Assembly (NCBI RefSeq): GCF_006345805.1
Contig: NC_043004.1
Location: 100,874,001-100,938,000 of the forward strand
DNA length: 64,000 nucleotides
Direction of reading: 5' to 3'
From: Octopus sinensis
Lineage: Eukaryota
Shown: piece after piece, positions 51,153 to 64,000 of the stretch
Numbering within the stretch: the first letter of the stretch is position 1
Layout: every line of letters starts with the position of its first letter
Position numbers and translations under genes: made by a program
Notes under the pieces: model-generated
Databases searched by the model: none
What the model was told of the DNA's origin: nothing
The model's input: only the letters and a program-made list of their open reading frames with translations

Positions 51153-51724
51153 CATGCGTGCGTGCGTGCGTGTGCGTGCGTGCGTGTGCGTGCGTGCGTG
51201 TGCGTGCGTGTGCGTGCGTGCGTGCATGTGCGCACGCGTGTATGGAAGACAATGAGAGAGTCAGGGAAAGACTGATAACCAAAGAAAAAGAACAAGAACA
51301 ACAAGAAGAAGACGGGGACCCAGAAGAAGAAGAAGACGAATAATCACAAGAAAAAGAATTGCCCCGAGTACCGAACCTTACTGGTATTTTTATAAAATCC
51401 CAAAACGATCTACATCAATGTTTAACCTCGGCTACTTTGACCATTTGAACTTAAAGCTCACAACCATTCAACATTGCATCCTGTCCAAAGCTCTCCAAAT
51501 ATCTTTATAACTGGCACTCTGTATAGCTACCTTTGAATATATCCATAAATGTCCACATACACATATATGTGCATACATATATACATATACATGCAAAGCT
51601 GTACGTACTCATGCATACGTATTCAATTACTTATCCACTTATACACATATGTTAACGTATTATGTGGGTGTAGGTATGTCTGTGAATGTGTGTTTCTTTG
51701 CCTTGGTATATGATCTCTATATGA

Positions 51725-51925
51725 AGGTGGCGAGCTGGCAGAAACGTTAGCACGCCGGGCGAAATGCTTTGCGGTATTTCGTCTGCCGTTACATTCTGAG
51801 TTCAAATTCCGCTGAGGTCGACTTTGCCTTTCATCCTTTCGGGGTCGATAAATTAAGTACCAGTGAAACACTGGGGTCGATATAATCGATTTAATCCGTT
51901 TGCCTGTCCTTGTTTGTCCTCTGTC
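51725..51925 (+). mobile_element. Nin-type SINE monomer
   Basis: AAGGTGGCGAGCTGGCAGAAACGTTAGC head, Nin-like CTTTCATCCTTTCGGGGTCGATAAA. Confidence 0.85.
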
Positions 51926-52859
51926 CGTGTGTGTGTGATCTCTTTTAGAAATAATTTCTTAACGGTTGAGGCATTTCAACAATAATAACTTCAGACTCAA
52001 GGCCAGACATTTTCGGGGGTGGGGGGCAATGTATACTATTGATTTCAGTATAGGACTGGCACTTAATTTTAGTCGACCCCGGATAAATGAAACCAAAATT
52101 AATTTTGGTAAGATTTGAACTCAGAACGTAAAGAGCCGAAGCAAATACCGCAAAGCCTTTTATCTAATTCTCTACTAATTCAGCCCTCGCCTAGATGATT
52201 TTAAATTAGTTTAACTCGTTTCTTCATAATCCCTGGGCAAATAAAAAAATATCTTGATCTTTTAATCTTCAGAGGTAATTATAAAGTCCTGGACGAAGAA
52301 ATTATATTTGCTTGCCAACAATTTAGCTGAAGCTAATCCAAAGTTCTAGTGCTCAGTAAAGCCAGAATTTTTAGATGGAGAGTACCAGCCATTAGACCAG
52401 GCCAGGTATTTGTTTCGATATAATTGGCCGATACATTATTTGATCGAAATCAGAATGTTAACTGATTAAGTCAACTTTGCGAAGATTCAAACTCATATCA
52501 CAACGTGATGCTGCAAAACACCACATGACGAGAAAGAAAAATATGAAAGTAACAAATCTATCATTTAATTTTCCGGTGGCTTAAAAATTTTTTTTTTTCT
52601 TTCGTTGAAGAATACTTCTTATGATGGAAGATCAGTTAACTGGTTCTGTTTATTGTCCTGATACATGGAATACCCGAACATTTAATCTTCGTTTTCCGTT
52701 TTTAAAGCATACTCAATCACAGGAATATGCATGTCATTCACTAAGGTACACCCGCTACGAACTCCAACGCACGAGTATTTACACATACATAACCATATAT
52801 TTCTCACGAAGCACAAACTTATAACATTCACACAGTACCACTCCTGCATAGAAATATTC

Positions 52860-53270
52860 TTCATATCTCTTTTACTCTTTTTACATTTACTTGTTTCAGT
52901 GATTTGACTGCGACCATGCTGGAGCACCACCTTTAGTCGAGCAAATCTACCCCATGACTTATTCTTTGTAAGCCTAGTACTTATTCTATCGGTCTCTTTT
53001 GCCGAACCGCTAAGTTACGGGGACGTAAACACACCACCATCGGTTGTCAAGCGATGTTGGGTGGACAAACACAGACACACAAACATATACACACACATAC
53101 ATATATAAATATATACGACGGGCTTCTTTTCAGGTTCCGTCTACCAAATCCACTCACACGGCTTTGGTCGGCCCGAGGCTATAGTAGAAGATACTTGTCC
53201 AAGGTGCCACGCAGTATGAATGAACCCGGAACCATGTGGTTCGTAAGCAAGCTACTTACCACTCCTGTGC
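52860..53270 (-). mobile_element. SINE family A (full length)
   Basis: Collinear with 5883-6317. Confidence 0.88.
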
Positions 53271-53282
53271 CTATTATATATC

Positions 53283-53335
<53 letters not shown>

Positions 53336-54128
53336 CAGATATAGATATAGATATATACATATAAGCACACACAAACACATTCTAGAACATACTCTCGCAT
53401 GCACTAACTTACATACATTCACGCATACATATACGCACACATATGAACATATACATTTGTGTGTGTATGTGTGTGTGTGTAACTTATATAAAGTATATAG
53501 ATAATAGATAGATAGATAGATAGATAGACATACATGCACACACACACACACCACATACGTGTGTGTGTGTGAAATGAGCTCATACATACACAAATGAAAT
53601 ACAAAAGTACTGCTTACAACATGCATAAATACCTTTCAATCCCACGTATTTAAGCACACGCTCAGAGCCCTATACATATGGATCCCCACCAATAACTCAT
53701 ATAAACATAACCCCTGCACATGGAAGCCCCATCACTCACCCCATCCACCCATATATGCAGTAACGCTTGGAACTCCCCCAGTTAACTACACAAATATAAC
53801 TGCCTTAGCCCAATTCTTTCTCTGTATATATATGTAAGCATATACGTATATGTGTGTGTGTGTGTGTGGGATGTATATCTATCTATATATATAAATATGT
53901 ATGTATGTGTATCTATATATACATGTATATATATATGTGTGTGTGTGTGTATGAATATATGTATATACACATATGTGTATGTATTTATATATATATGTGT
54001 GTATATATATATTTATGTATATATATGTATACATATATATATAAATATATATATATATGTATATGTATACATATATAAATATATATGTATGTATGTATAT
54101 ATATATAAATATATATGTATGTATATGT

Positions 54129-54161
<33 letters not shown>

Positions 54162-55331
54162 GTATGTACATGTATATATATGCATGAATGTATATAGACA
54201 TACACACACTCACACATATGTACACATACGCATATATATATATGTGTGTGAGTGTGTGTACGTATGTGGATGTTTAAGTATGTATGTATGTATGTATGTA
54301 TATGTGCACGCGCCTATGTGTAAGTATTGCGTACAATAGGCAAGAAGATGCACTGCAAGCGAGCGACCACTTAATCTAATAAATTATAAAAGAGGTTTTT
54401 GGATGGCGACAGACATAAGACATGACAAATAAGGGTCGCTGTACTGGCGGGAAGCTGCGATGGTGAGTGACAGTGGGAGAGGTGGAGGGGCGGAGGGGAG
54501 GGTGAATGCACCATAACAGCAGAAGCCATAACGACAATCCACGTAAAAACTGAAGCTGGCGGGACATTCATTGAAGGAACGGTAGAAACGATAGAGATAG
54601 ATAGAAAACATCCGTATGCGAACGGTCAATTCAGCTGACCTTCTCTCGTTTCTATGCTGCAGGACCCCGCGGAACAATAACAACACCGCCTCCTTTCCAC
54701 TTCCACGTTCACCCTTGCACGCCACCAGCTCATCCTTCCGCCTTGGAGGCCATTCGTTCGTTCAACGCACCGTCATCCATTTTTCAATAGAGGAAATTTA
54801 TAATGGAATGGGGACTCTTGAAAAATGGGGACATATCAAAGAATTTTTTTTGTTTCTTTCTCCTTCTTCGCATTTATGTGAACAAGTCTTTGTTTCCTGC
54901 CAAATCTTCTTATTCTCCTACTGCTGCCAAATCTTTTTCTTCTTTTCCTCGTCTTTCTTTTTCGTCCTCCCAAAATTCTTTTCACCGTCATCATCATCAT
55001 CATCACCATCATCATCGTCATCATCATCTTCCACTATTACTACTATTACTTGTACTACCAGCAGCACTACCACAGACACCACCGCCACTGCAGCCCCATC
55101 CCCCACCATCGCCCACCACCACCACTAATGATGATAATAATAATAATAATAATAATAATGATGATAATGATAATAATATCTTTATTACTGTCACCAGACT
55201 CCTTTCATACATACAATAGAACGGACTACAAAAGGGTTGAAAGGATGTGTGGGGAATGTAAATACAGTTATATGAGAATGGAAGATGAACAGGGTCATTT
55301 TTACAATACATACATATATGCATATATTTGT

Positions 55332-55437
<106 letters not shown>

Positions 55438-55539
55438 AATATATATATATAATACATATGTATATATATATAATATACAAATATACATATGTATATGTAT
55501 GTATATATATATACATATGTATATATATATGTATGAATG

Positions 55540-55651
55540 CATATATATATTATATATTTATGTATGTATGCATATATACATATGTATATATATATATGTA
55601 TGTATGCATATATACATATGTATATATATATATGTATGTATGCATATATAC

Positions 55652-55683
<32 letters not shown>

Positions 55684-56110
55684 GCATATATACATATGTA
55701 TATATATACATATATATATATATATATGCATATATACATATGTATATATATATATGTGTATGCATATATACATATGTATATATATATGTGTATGCATATA
55801 TACATATGTATATATATATATGTGTATGTATGCATATATACATATGTATATATATGTATGTATGCATATATACATATGTATATATATATATATGTGTATG
55901 CATATATACATATGTATATATATATATATATATGTGTATGCATATATATACATATGTATATATATATATATATGTATGTATGCATATATACATATGTATA
56001 TATATATATATGTATATGCATATATACATATGTATATATATATATATATGTATGCATATATACATATGTATATACATATATATATGTATGTATGCATATA
56101 TACATATGGA
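55540..56110. repeat. Microsatellite-derived minisatellite, unit TATGCATATATACATATG(TA)n, about 15 copies
   Basis: Fixed core recurring every ~30-42 bp with variable (TA)n spacers. Confidence 0.9.
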
Positions 56111-56202
56111 TGTATATATATATATAAACATATTTATATGTCTATGTATCCATGTGTGTGTGTGTTTGAACTATACATACTTATGTGAGTATATGTATAT
56201 GC

Positions 56203-56239
<37 letters not shown>

Positions 56240-56635
56240 CATATGCATATATGTGTGTGTATGTATGTATGTAGTTTAAGGAATAAGTAAAACTAAAACT
56301 GATAAGGGAAACCTACCCTCACACGAATCCAGGCCCACCATCTAGCTTGAATCAGAACTCTTACCCCTACCTTCATCAGGGCCTCAGGTGCATTTCAGTA
56401 ATTCCCAAAACCTCCTCCAATTTGTCAACCGATTCGTTAAGGACCCCTCATGCCGCGGGTAAATTGCCCTTCAAATATTTTGAGCAGTCCATTAAGATGT
56501 CAGGTTACTGTGAAGTTAAGTGTCTCCGCGGGGAAAGCTGCATTAGTGTCCTAAACAACAACTGCTTGGATTCATTCTACTCTCTTCCATTTCTTTCCCT
56601 CCGTGACGGTTTTCTACTCCTGTCCAAACTCTGTT

Positions 56636-56986
56636 TACTCATTCTTGCTCTCAACATCATAAGCGGAAAGTGTAACCTCTCGAAAGAGCCTTCTTCACTC
56701 CTGCTCCAGAGCGTCGGCTGCGGGGTCACTCCGAGAAGCTCTATCTGCGACGATTTCATCTCAATCGAAGGAGAGGGGCTTTCTCCGTCCGGGTTGCGGA
56801 TCCGTGGAATAAGCTGCTGGACGAGATAGTGAAGATGCCGACGACCGCTCGGTTCAAAGTCTCTCTTGACCAGAAATGGCCTGAACTCTTTGCATGAACA
56901 CCCTCCCTGTACATAACTCCATGTCCCCCTACATAGCCTTGCTTTTTGCTTTTTGAGCCAAAAAATTAACTTAACTAAACTTAACT
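56636..56986 (+). mobile_element. CR1/L2-clade LINE 3' end
   Basis: FFTPAPERRLRGHSEKLYLRRFHLNRRRGAFSVRVADPWNKLLDEIV...FKVSLDQKWPELFA (stop 56895-56897), short 3' UTR, TTAACTAAAC-type tail. Confidence 0.88.
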
Positions 56987-57621
56987 CCCCACGTTCACAA
57001 AAATGGTACTACTAAGGGGAGAGTATTCGACGTCCTCAGCTCCTGAAGCTAAAGAAAAGGGAGTTTTTTCGACAATCCTCAGACCTGCAACCGTTTGTGC
57101 GATAAGTCGGTGCCATTAGAATAACAATCTCCGATACCTGTTACTGCTGATCCTGCAGCTAACAGTATTTCTTCTCTCTATCTTTATCTTTCTCTCTCTT
57201 TCTCTCCCCCCCTCTCTTTTTCCTCTATCTCTTTCTTTTCTCTTATCTCAGTCTCCTTTCCTCTCACTCGCTCATTCACTCTCTTTGGGACACAAACTTC
57301 TATGTTGCTCTTGCGGACTAACAAGTCGCAGCTGAATTTTCCGCTCTACACCGATATCTTTGCTTTTGATCCTGAACGCACAGTCTAGGCAACAACTCTG
57401 GAAAGACGAATGCTTTCCGATGATATTTAGAATTTTACATCCATTCCGAGCCTTACCGGCCACATATCTGCAACCAGCATGCGTCCGTATTGCGCTACAT
57501 AGGAAACTATGAGCAAGCGCTCAATATTCGTGACTCATTATCCTTGTATTTTGCTGATTCAGGTATTTTCTGCATAAACGAAAAAGGAAACGAAAAAGAA
57601 GAAAACATAGGGTGTGGGCAT

Positions 57622-58000
57622 CAGTCAAACATTTAAGGAAAGAAACAACCTTTCTGTATTTTTGAAAAAGACACAAGATATTAGAGGTGACAAGGACGTT
57701 AGCCTTGATTAAAGAATTATTGAAAAACGAGTGAATGGTTTTAGCAGAACAAGAACTTGAATTAAGGGTAAATTAAATCAAGAAAACAAGTTACTAAAAA
57801 TGTCATGGATTTGTAGAAAATATAACACTAACAGGCGGAAATTGTCCAGCAATGGTTGTGGTATTGCAAGATGCGTATTTCTGCCTTATTGAGCTTTGTC
57901 AGTATCAAGTATCAACTGGTAACCACATACTAAGAAAAACCCCGTCGTCATTGAACTGGGATATCCCTGATGCTGTAGTTAACTAGCCGGCAAAATAATA
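57622..58000 (+). repeat. Diverged direct repeat of 59680-60300
   Basis: Shared blocks such as GAAAATATAACACTAACAGGCG and GTGGTATTGCAAGATG. About 75% similar by eye. Confidence 0.8.
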
Positions 58001-58186
58001 TTCATTGTGTATGAGTCTACGAGCAGATGTGAGACAATTCATGAAAATTCAGCTGACGTTCACATATATTCTGCCACGGTTGATGGAAGCCAACGCAGAC
58101 AGAGCTTTATTTAGTTGCACTTTTGAGGGCACACGTCTCAAAGACAGAAGTATGTCGTGCTTCTCCGTGTTCGGTTTTGGTACAAT

Positions 58187-58577
58187 GGATGGAAGCATTC
58201 CGTCGGTTACAATGACGAGGGTTCCGGTTGATCCGAATCAACGGAACAGCCTGCTCGCGAAATTAACGTGTAAGTGGCTGAGCACTCCACATACACGTGC
58301 ACCCTCAACGTAGTTCTCGGGGATATTCAGTGTGACACAGAGAGTGACAAGGCCGGCCCCTTGAAATACAGGTACAACAGAAACAGGAAGTAAGAGTGAG
58401 AGAAAGTTGTGGTAAAAGAGTACAGCAGGGATCACCACCATCCGCTGCCGGAGCCTCGTGGAGCTTTTAGGTGTTTTCGCTCAATAAACACTCGCAACGC
58501 CCGATCTGGGAATCGAAACCGCGATCCTATGACCGCGAGTCCGCTGCCCTAACCACTGGGCCATTGCGCCTCCACAC
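58187..58577 (-). mobile_element. SINE family B (tail X) with an 11-bp TSD
   Basis: TTTGGTACAAT at 58176-58186 and 58578-58588. tRNA-like head. Confidence 0.9.
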
Positions 58578-59499
58578 TTTGGTACAATACATCGTGCAAG
58601 AAGATGCAATCTCTTGTTACATACCACTGCTACACCTCTTTCTCTGACTGGCTTTTATCAGTTTTCAAACCTGCCTATGACAAGTAATGTTGGTAAAACT
58701 GGCTCTTATTACTATTAAGACAATTTGCTATATTTTCATTTAGCAAAATGTAAGTGCTGTTGTCTTCTTCTTCTTCTTCTTCTTCTTCTTCTTCTTCTTC
58801 TTCTTCTTCTTCTTCTTCTTCTTCTTCTTCTCTTCTTCTTCTTCTTCTTCTTCCAATCAGGACTCACGCCATTTGCCACAAATAATAATCTCTAATTCGA
58901 GCCTACTCTAAGCTACCAAGAATGCGTGTGGCTACTTGAAGATCCACCCCACCACACGCGATAGACTGGCAGTTGCACGGGCGCGGAAGCTACGTTGTTA
59001 TTCTCATTCCGTAAACGGTGGCTTTTAACGGGTGGAGAGCTGAACCATCCTGGGGTACAGAGGATTCGCAATCGAGACTAGGGTCTGAAAGTTTTACCAC
59101 ACCATAGTGGGTTACACCACGGTTCCTCTGCTTCGTGGTAGAAGTCGGAACAAAGAGTGAGAGAAAGTTGTGGTGAAAGAGTACAGTGGGGTTTACCCCC
59201 CCCCACCACCACCACCACCTCCGGATGTTGTTACTATGTCTTGTACTCATATTCCACGCATGCAAACAAAACAAAAAGTATGTTAAAATGTCCTTTTACT
59301 CCAAACAAAAGAATAAAAACAAAAAACAAAGAACAAAAAAAAATGGCGAACTTATCATCTCCATGTAACAGTCTACAATACGTGACACAAAAATAAACAT
59401 CCATTTATCAGAAAAAATCAACAAATTGTAACTTTGAACGTTGCATGTAAACAGATCTTATCGGGCGAAAGAAATTAAAAAAATTATTCTTTCTACTGT

Positions 59500-59676
59500 A
59501 GGCACAAGGCCTGAAATTTTGGGAACGGGGTTAGCCGATTATATCGACCTCCAGTACCTACCTGATACTTAATTTATCGACCCCGAATGGCTGAAAGATA
59601 AAGTCGACCTCGGAGGAAATTTGAACTCAGAGCGTTAAGCCTGGCGTGCTAACGTTTCTGCCAGCTCACCGTCTTA
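59500..59676 (-). mobile_element. Nin-type SINE (tail type 2)
   Basis: TAGGCACAAGGCCTGAAATTTTGGG tail as at 14845-14875, plus Nin body. Confidence 0.8.
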
Positions 59677-59936
59677 AATGCAGCCAAACATTGAAGGAAA
59701 GAAACTAAGTTCTGCGTGTTTGTAAAAGACACAAGAGATTAATGGTGATACAGATTCTAGTTTTGATAAAGCAAAGTATTAATGAAAAAAGAGGGATTGA
59801 TATTAACAGCAGAGGAACATGAATTAAATCAAGAAAAAAAGTTACTGCAAATATGACATGGATTTTGAAGAAAATATAACACTAACAGGCGAAAATCGTC
59901 CAGCACTGGTCGTGGTATTGCAAGATGTGCATTTCT

Positions 59937-60169
59937 TATTTCTTTATTGCCCACAAGGGGCTAAACATAGAGGGGACAAACACGGACAGACAAGGGGATT
60001 AAGTCGATTACATCGACCCAGTACGTTACTGGTACTTAATTTATCGACCCCGAAAGGATGAAAGGCAAAGTCGACGTCGGCGGAATTTGAACTCAGAACA
60101 TAAAGACAGACGAAAAACTGCTAATCATTTCGCCCGGCGTGCTAACGTTTCTGTCAGTTCGCCGCCTTA
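59937..60169 (-). mobile_element. Nin-type SINE monomer with a 15-bp TSD
   Basis: AAGATGTGCATTTCT at 59922-59936 and 60170-60184. The empty site is visible in the paralogous segment near 57868-57882. Confidence 0.92.
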
Positions 60170-60775
60170 AAGATGTGCATTTCTGCCTTATTGATCTTCG
60201 TCAGTATCAAATACAAACTGGCAACCAAATGTTAATTAAAAATCTGACGTCACTAAGTGGAAAAAATTTCTGATGTTGCAATTAACAGGCCGGCAAAGTA
60301 AAATTTATTATGTAAAACAGAAGTAATATTAGATTAAAATAATTATCTCTACATCATACTCAATGCAGATACATGATGGAAAATGGAATTAACTGGATAA
60401 TTACCGTCTGCTATTTATATATTTTTATGTTACTTAACATTTTACATCTATAGGATATATCTTAATACAAGTACCATATTTAATTAGGCTATCTACGATG
60501 TATGTGCGTTAAGTATGATAAACAACTCCCCTGTTTAAATACTACTTGTGTTGCACATAACGAATTTTTATTCTACTGACCGGCTAACTGTAGCATCAAG
60601 AAAATACCGCAGTTAATAAGCTTTCCATGATGCATCCGCACACTGAGTGTAATACAGAGTTGTGTGTGTTGCGACGTACCGGCGTCCCGTCCATATGGGG
60701 AACCTACACGCCAATGAAACGAGGAAACCGGCCCTTATGAGCCAGGTATGGCTCCAGAAGGAACAAACAACAAAT

Positions 60776-60943
60776 GTGACCGCGTGTGTACCGTTGGCTA
60801 TTTTTTTTTCTCCGTCTTCCCTTCCTTGGATCTTTCCTCTTCTTATGTTTCTGACGAAGAGCTCCGCTCGAAACGTTAAATCCTCCTTCTTTCTTTCCTT
60901 TCCTGAGCGTCCAATAACACTATACTTGTTCCACGTCCTCGCG

Positions 60944-60989
<46 letters not shown>

Positions 60990-61383
60990 AATGGCGGTGT
61001 CCCAGCATGGCCACAGCTCGTGAGCTGAAACTAGATAAAATAAAAAATAAAATATATATATATATAAACATTGAAGCGTTAAATGGGTGACATATTTTAG
61101 AAATTAAGAAAATCACGAACGCAGGAGAATAGCATTGAAATCAGCGTTAGAAAATAGAGGTTAAATGTGGCCAGCAGCCGCTATTGAGAATCGAACTCTG
61201 TACTTCTCAAATTCCGGCTGAACGCTTTGTACAATTGAGCTAAACGACAGATACCGTCCGGCACATTTTATGTTTAGCGTTATGAAAGATGCTGTTGGTT
61301 GGCGCCGTTTAACTCAGCAGTACGGAGCACTCAGCCAGAATTCGAGAGGCACTGAGTTGTGGCCATGCTGGGACACCGCCATT

Positions 61384-61427
<44 letters not shown>

Positions 61428-61595
61428 CGCGAGGACGTGGAACAAGTATAGTGTTATTGGACGCTCAGGAAAGGAAAGAAAGAAGGAGGATTGAACGTTT
61501 CGAGCGGAGCTCTTCGTCAGAAACATAAGAAGAGGAAAGATCCAAGGAAGGGAAGACGGAGAAAAAAAAATAGCCAACGGTACACACGCGGTCAC
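60776..61595. repeat. Near-perfect inverted repeat: arms 60776-61019 and 61354-61595, ~335-bp spacer
   Basis: Arms match except for about 2 substitutions and microsatellite length. Each arm is a Penelope-type fragment with hammerhead core + (CA)n(TA)n + SINE 3' piece. Confidence 0.93.
61177..61248 (-). pseudogene. tRNA-like sequence (pseudogene or SINE head) in the inverted-repeat spacer
   Basis: GTCGTTTAGCTCAATTGTACAAAGCG...GAGTTCGATTCTCAATAGCGGC, 72 nt, with A and B boxes. Stems are imperfect, so isotype is not assignable. Confidence 0.6.
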
Positions 61596-62409
61596 TTTAC
61601 TTTTTCGCCTATAGAGGAGTACTTCTCTAAAGTTGTTTTCATAGATATTCTCCTGCATTCGAAATTTTTCTCAATTTCTAGAAATGTGTGTGTGTGCGTA
61701 TTCAGATTGTTTGAAGTGGTGTACAGATTTTATGCATTCAGAAAAATAAGGTAGTCAGGATTTTGATAAAAGCTATCTATTTAGCGCTTTCATCCCTTTG
61801 ACGGATTCATCATGAATGATATTTTCATAGAAAATTCATACCTTTTATATATGATTAGTTGAAAATAATAAAAAAATCTACAGTTGAATTTGTTTTCTTG
61901 GAAGAGGATGTTTTAGGAGCGGTTGAGATGTTTTTTTATTTTTGTCATTTTGAATTCTGTGCGTGTATATTTGTGTGTATGTATGTGTTCATACTTGTGT
62001 GTGTTTACATTTTTGGAGGCATGGTTAGAGAGAGGAAAAGAGAAAAAGAAGAAAAGGAAGAAAGAAAGCAAGAAAGAAAGATAGAAAAGTGTTTTCTGGG
62101 ATGATTGAAACTGATGATCGGTCAAAAAGGTCAATTTTTCTTCATCAATTGCAATAAATTTCTTTCCGTCATTGTATGACTGACAGTATTTTCGGTCAGT
62201 TGTCATGTTACCCAGCTGTAGAGAATAGAATCGGTCTAATTGTTTTGAAGGGTCTTTAAGTGCATGTGTGCGTGCACGCGTGTGTATGTGTGTGTGTGTG
62301 TGTGTGTGTGTTTAAGTGTATATGTGTTGGAGTGCGTGGTGTGTGTTGGTTGCTTAAGTGAATTTTTCCAGTTATTTTAGTAACATTAATAAAAACATTA
62401 TTAATAATA

Positions 62410-62603
62410 TAAAGTATACTAGCCATCACTTAGGTTTGCGTATCACTTGGGTTTGCGAGAGGGGTGACCTCCCTTTGCAAATATCATAAGGTCACAGAAA
62501 TTGTGTCTAAAGCCAGCTGGAGACGATGATCTCCTGGGGCTAAAAAGCTACAGTAACACCCACCCTTAGTGGTTAGCCATATTGAGATGGCTAGTATACT
62601 TTA
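62410..62603. mobile_element. 194-bp MITE-like element
   Basis: 18-bp perfect inverted ends TAAAGTATACTAGCCATC / GATGGCTAGTATACTTTA. No clear TSD. Confidence 0.6.
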
Positions 62604-62639
62604 CGTTGTCGAGCGCTTACTGTTTACATCTCGCTCAGA

Positions 62640-63900
62640 GATTTATTATTGCTTATTAATAATAATACCCAGTAATCTGGTTTGATTCATCTAGGAACTA
62701 ATGTTTAATAAGAATTTCTCAAGTTAGTGAATATTTGTAGATCGCTTGATTTTTCCTACAACATATGGTATTTATCGAAGGAGGGTTTCCACTTTCCAAT
62801 GAAACTTTGGTCTTGAAACTTTTGTCTACTTTCTTGGATATTTTAACTTCTAAAAAACCAACCACCAGGTTAGTATATGAGGTTTAAATGTCGTCCCTAT
62901 AGCTGTGACCTGCCTTTGTCGATATTTTACCATCAAAGTTAAAGGTGTTTTCTTCTTGTACAAGGCGTGTGGCTTCAGTAACGAAAAAAAGCCTTTTGAA
63001 ACGTTCGCTTATCTTCTGTTTTTCTACTCAGTGTTTGATTGCTTCCAGGCCCAAAGTGTGAAATATGTTAGAATAAAGATTACTAATATCAGAACTTGTA
63101 AGGATAATATCAGAACTTCTGGGATAATGGGCGGAATATATTTGAGAAATACATATCGTCTCGTACTCGCATATAGCTGGGTATTACTTGGTATAATAGT
63201 TTAACTAGCATATCTAAAAGATGACTACGTCGTTGTGTTGGAGATTGTGGCCAGCAACTATTGATCTCAATCTGAGATCAGTGGGCCTTTCTAATTTTAT
63301 GAACTGCTTCTTCTGTTCACTTATGGTTCTCTATATTTCTGACCTTTTATGAATCTTGAATAATCCGTAGAAATCGCTCTCTTTAATTTCAGAGTTACAT
63401 AAGTAATCTATCTTCTTTTTATATGTGAAGAAGTTTGGGTTTTGGTTAAAATATGTTCTGATTTTATTCATTTTTGTTTTTTCTAGATTTCTTGTTTCTT
63501 CCTTATAGTAATTTTTGTCTGTTAAACGTTCCAATATTTTGTCTTTACAATTGTCATGGTCCATAACCACGATCGCTTCCACCCTTGTACGATTATCTTG
63601 GGATGATTTAGTCGTCTTTTTTTTAGTACTAGTAAAGCCCCCTTTTTCTTCTTTATATTTACGGGAACTAAGAGGGGGTTCGGAAATTGTATCTTTATAT
63701 GTATCTAAATGCTTGTCATTCCCCTTGTAGGGGGCTGAAGTAGGATTTATTTCTGACAATTGACTCGTCATTTATATTCTTATTGCCGAGGAATTCCATG
63801 AAGCGTAAACAGCGACTAAAATATTCACTGTCTGCGACTTTTAGTTCTTTGAGGTTAGAATTAGGTATAGGGATAAATCTGAAACCTTTCAGTGAAAAAT
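62640..63900 (-). pseudogene. Decayed Penelope-like reverse transcriptase ORF
   Basis: LKGFRFIPIP...YFSRCLRFMEF; AIVVMDHDNCKDKILERLTDKNYY; FYGLFKIHK; LRLRSIVAG; SDISNLYSNI; NTFNFDGK-YRQ..TAIGT. Frameshifts and stops. Confidence 0.88.
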
Positions 63901-63914
63901 CTATTTCATTTTTG

Positions 63915-64000
63915 TTATTCTTTTATTCTTTCTTTTACTTATTTCAGTCATTTGACTGTGGCCATGCTGGAGCACCGCCTTTAGTAGAGCAAATCGACCC
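63915..64000 (-). mobile_element. SINE family A 3' end (window-truncated)
   Basis: TTTCAGTCATTTGACTGTGGCCATGCTGGAGCACCGCC. Confidence 0.85.

Overview
Very AT-rich, microsatellite-saturated animal genomic DNA, most consistent with an octopod cephalopod (inference from the tRNA-derived CORE- and Nin-type SINE families and the repeat density). I found no host protein-coding gene I can name and no CRISPR array. Most ORF-track entries are translations of (TA)n, (CA)n and trinucleotide repeats. The window is a layered mobile-element landscape: a decayed Ty3/Gypsy LTR element, RTE-, CR1- and Penelope-type retroelement fragments, mariner, maT-like and DD36E Tc1 transposons, a non-autonomous Helitron, MITEs and about 25 SINE copies. 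The most notable observations are: (1) a near full-length 5S rRNA copy fused to a SINE 3' tail; (2) a 514-bp zero-spacer palindrome between TA dinucleotides; (3) several families of hammerhead-ribozyme-like motifs in Penelope-type repeats, three times as inverted pairs; (4) SINE multimers joined repeatedly at the same internal site. All alignments, folds and translations were done by eye. Boundaries without a TSD or TIR are approximate.
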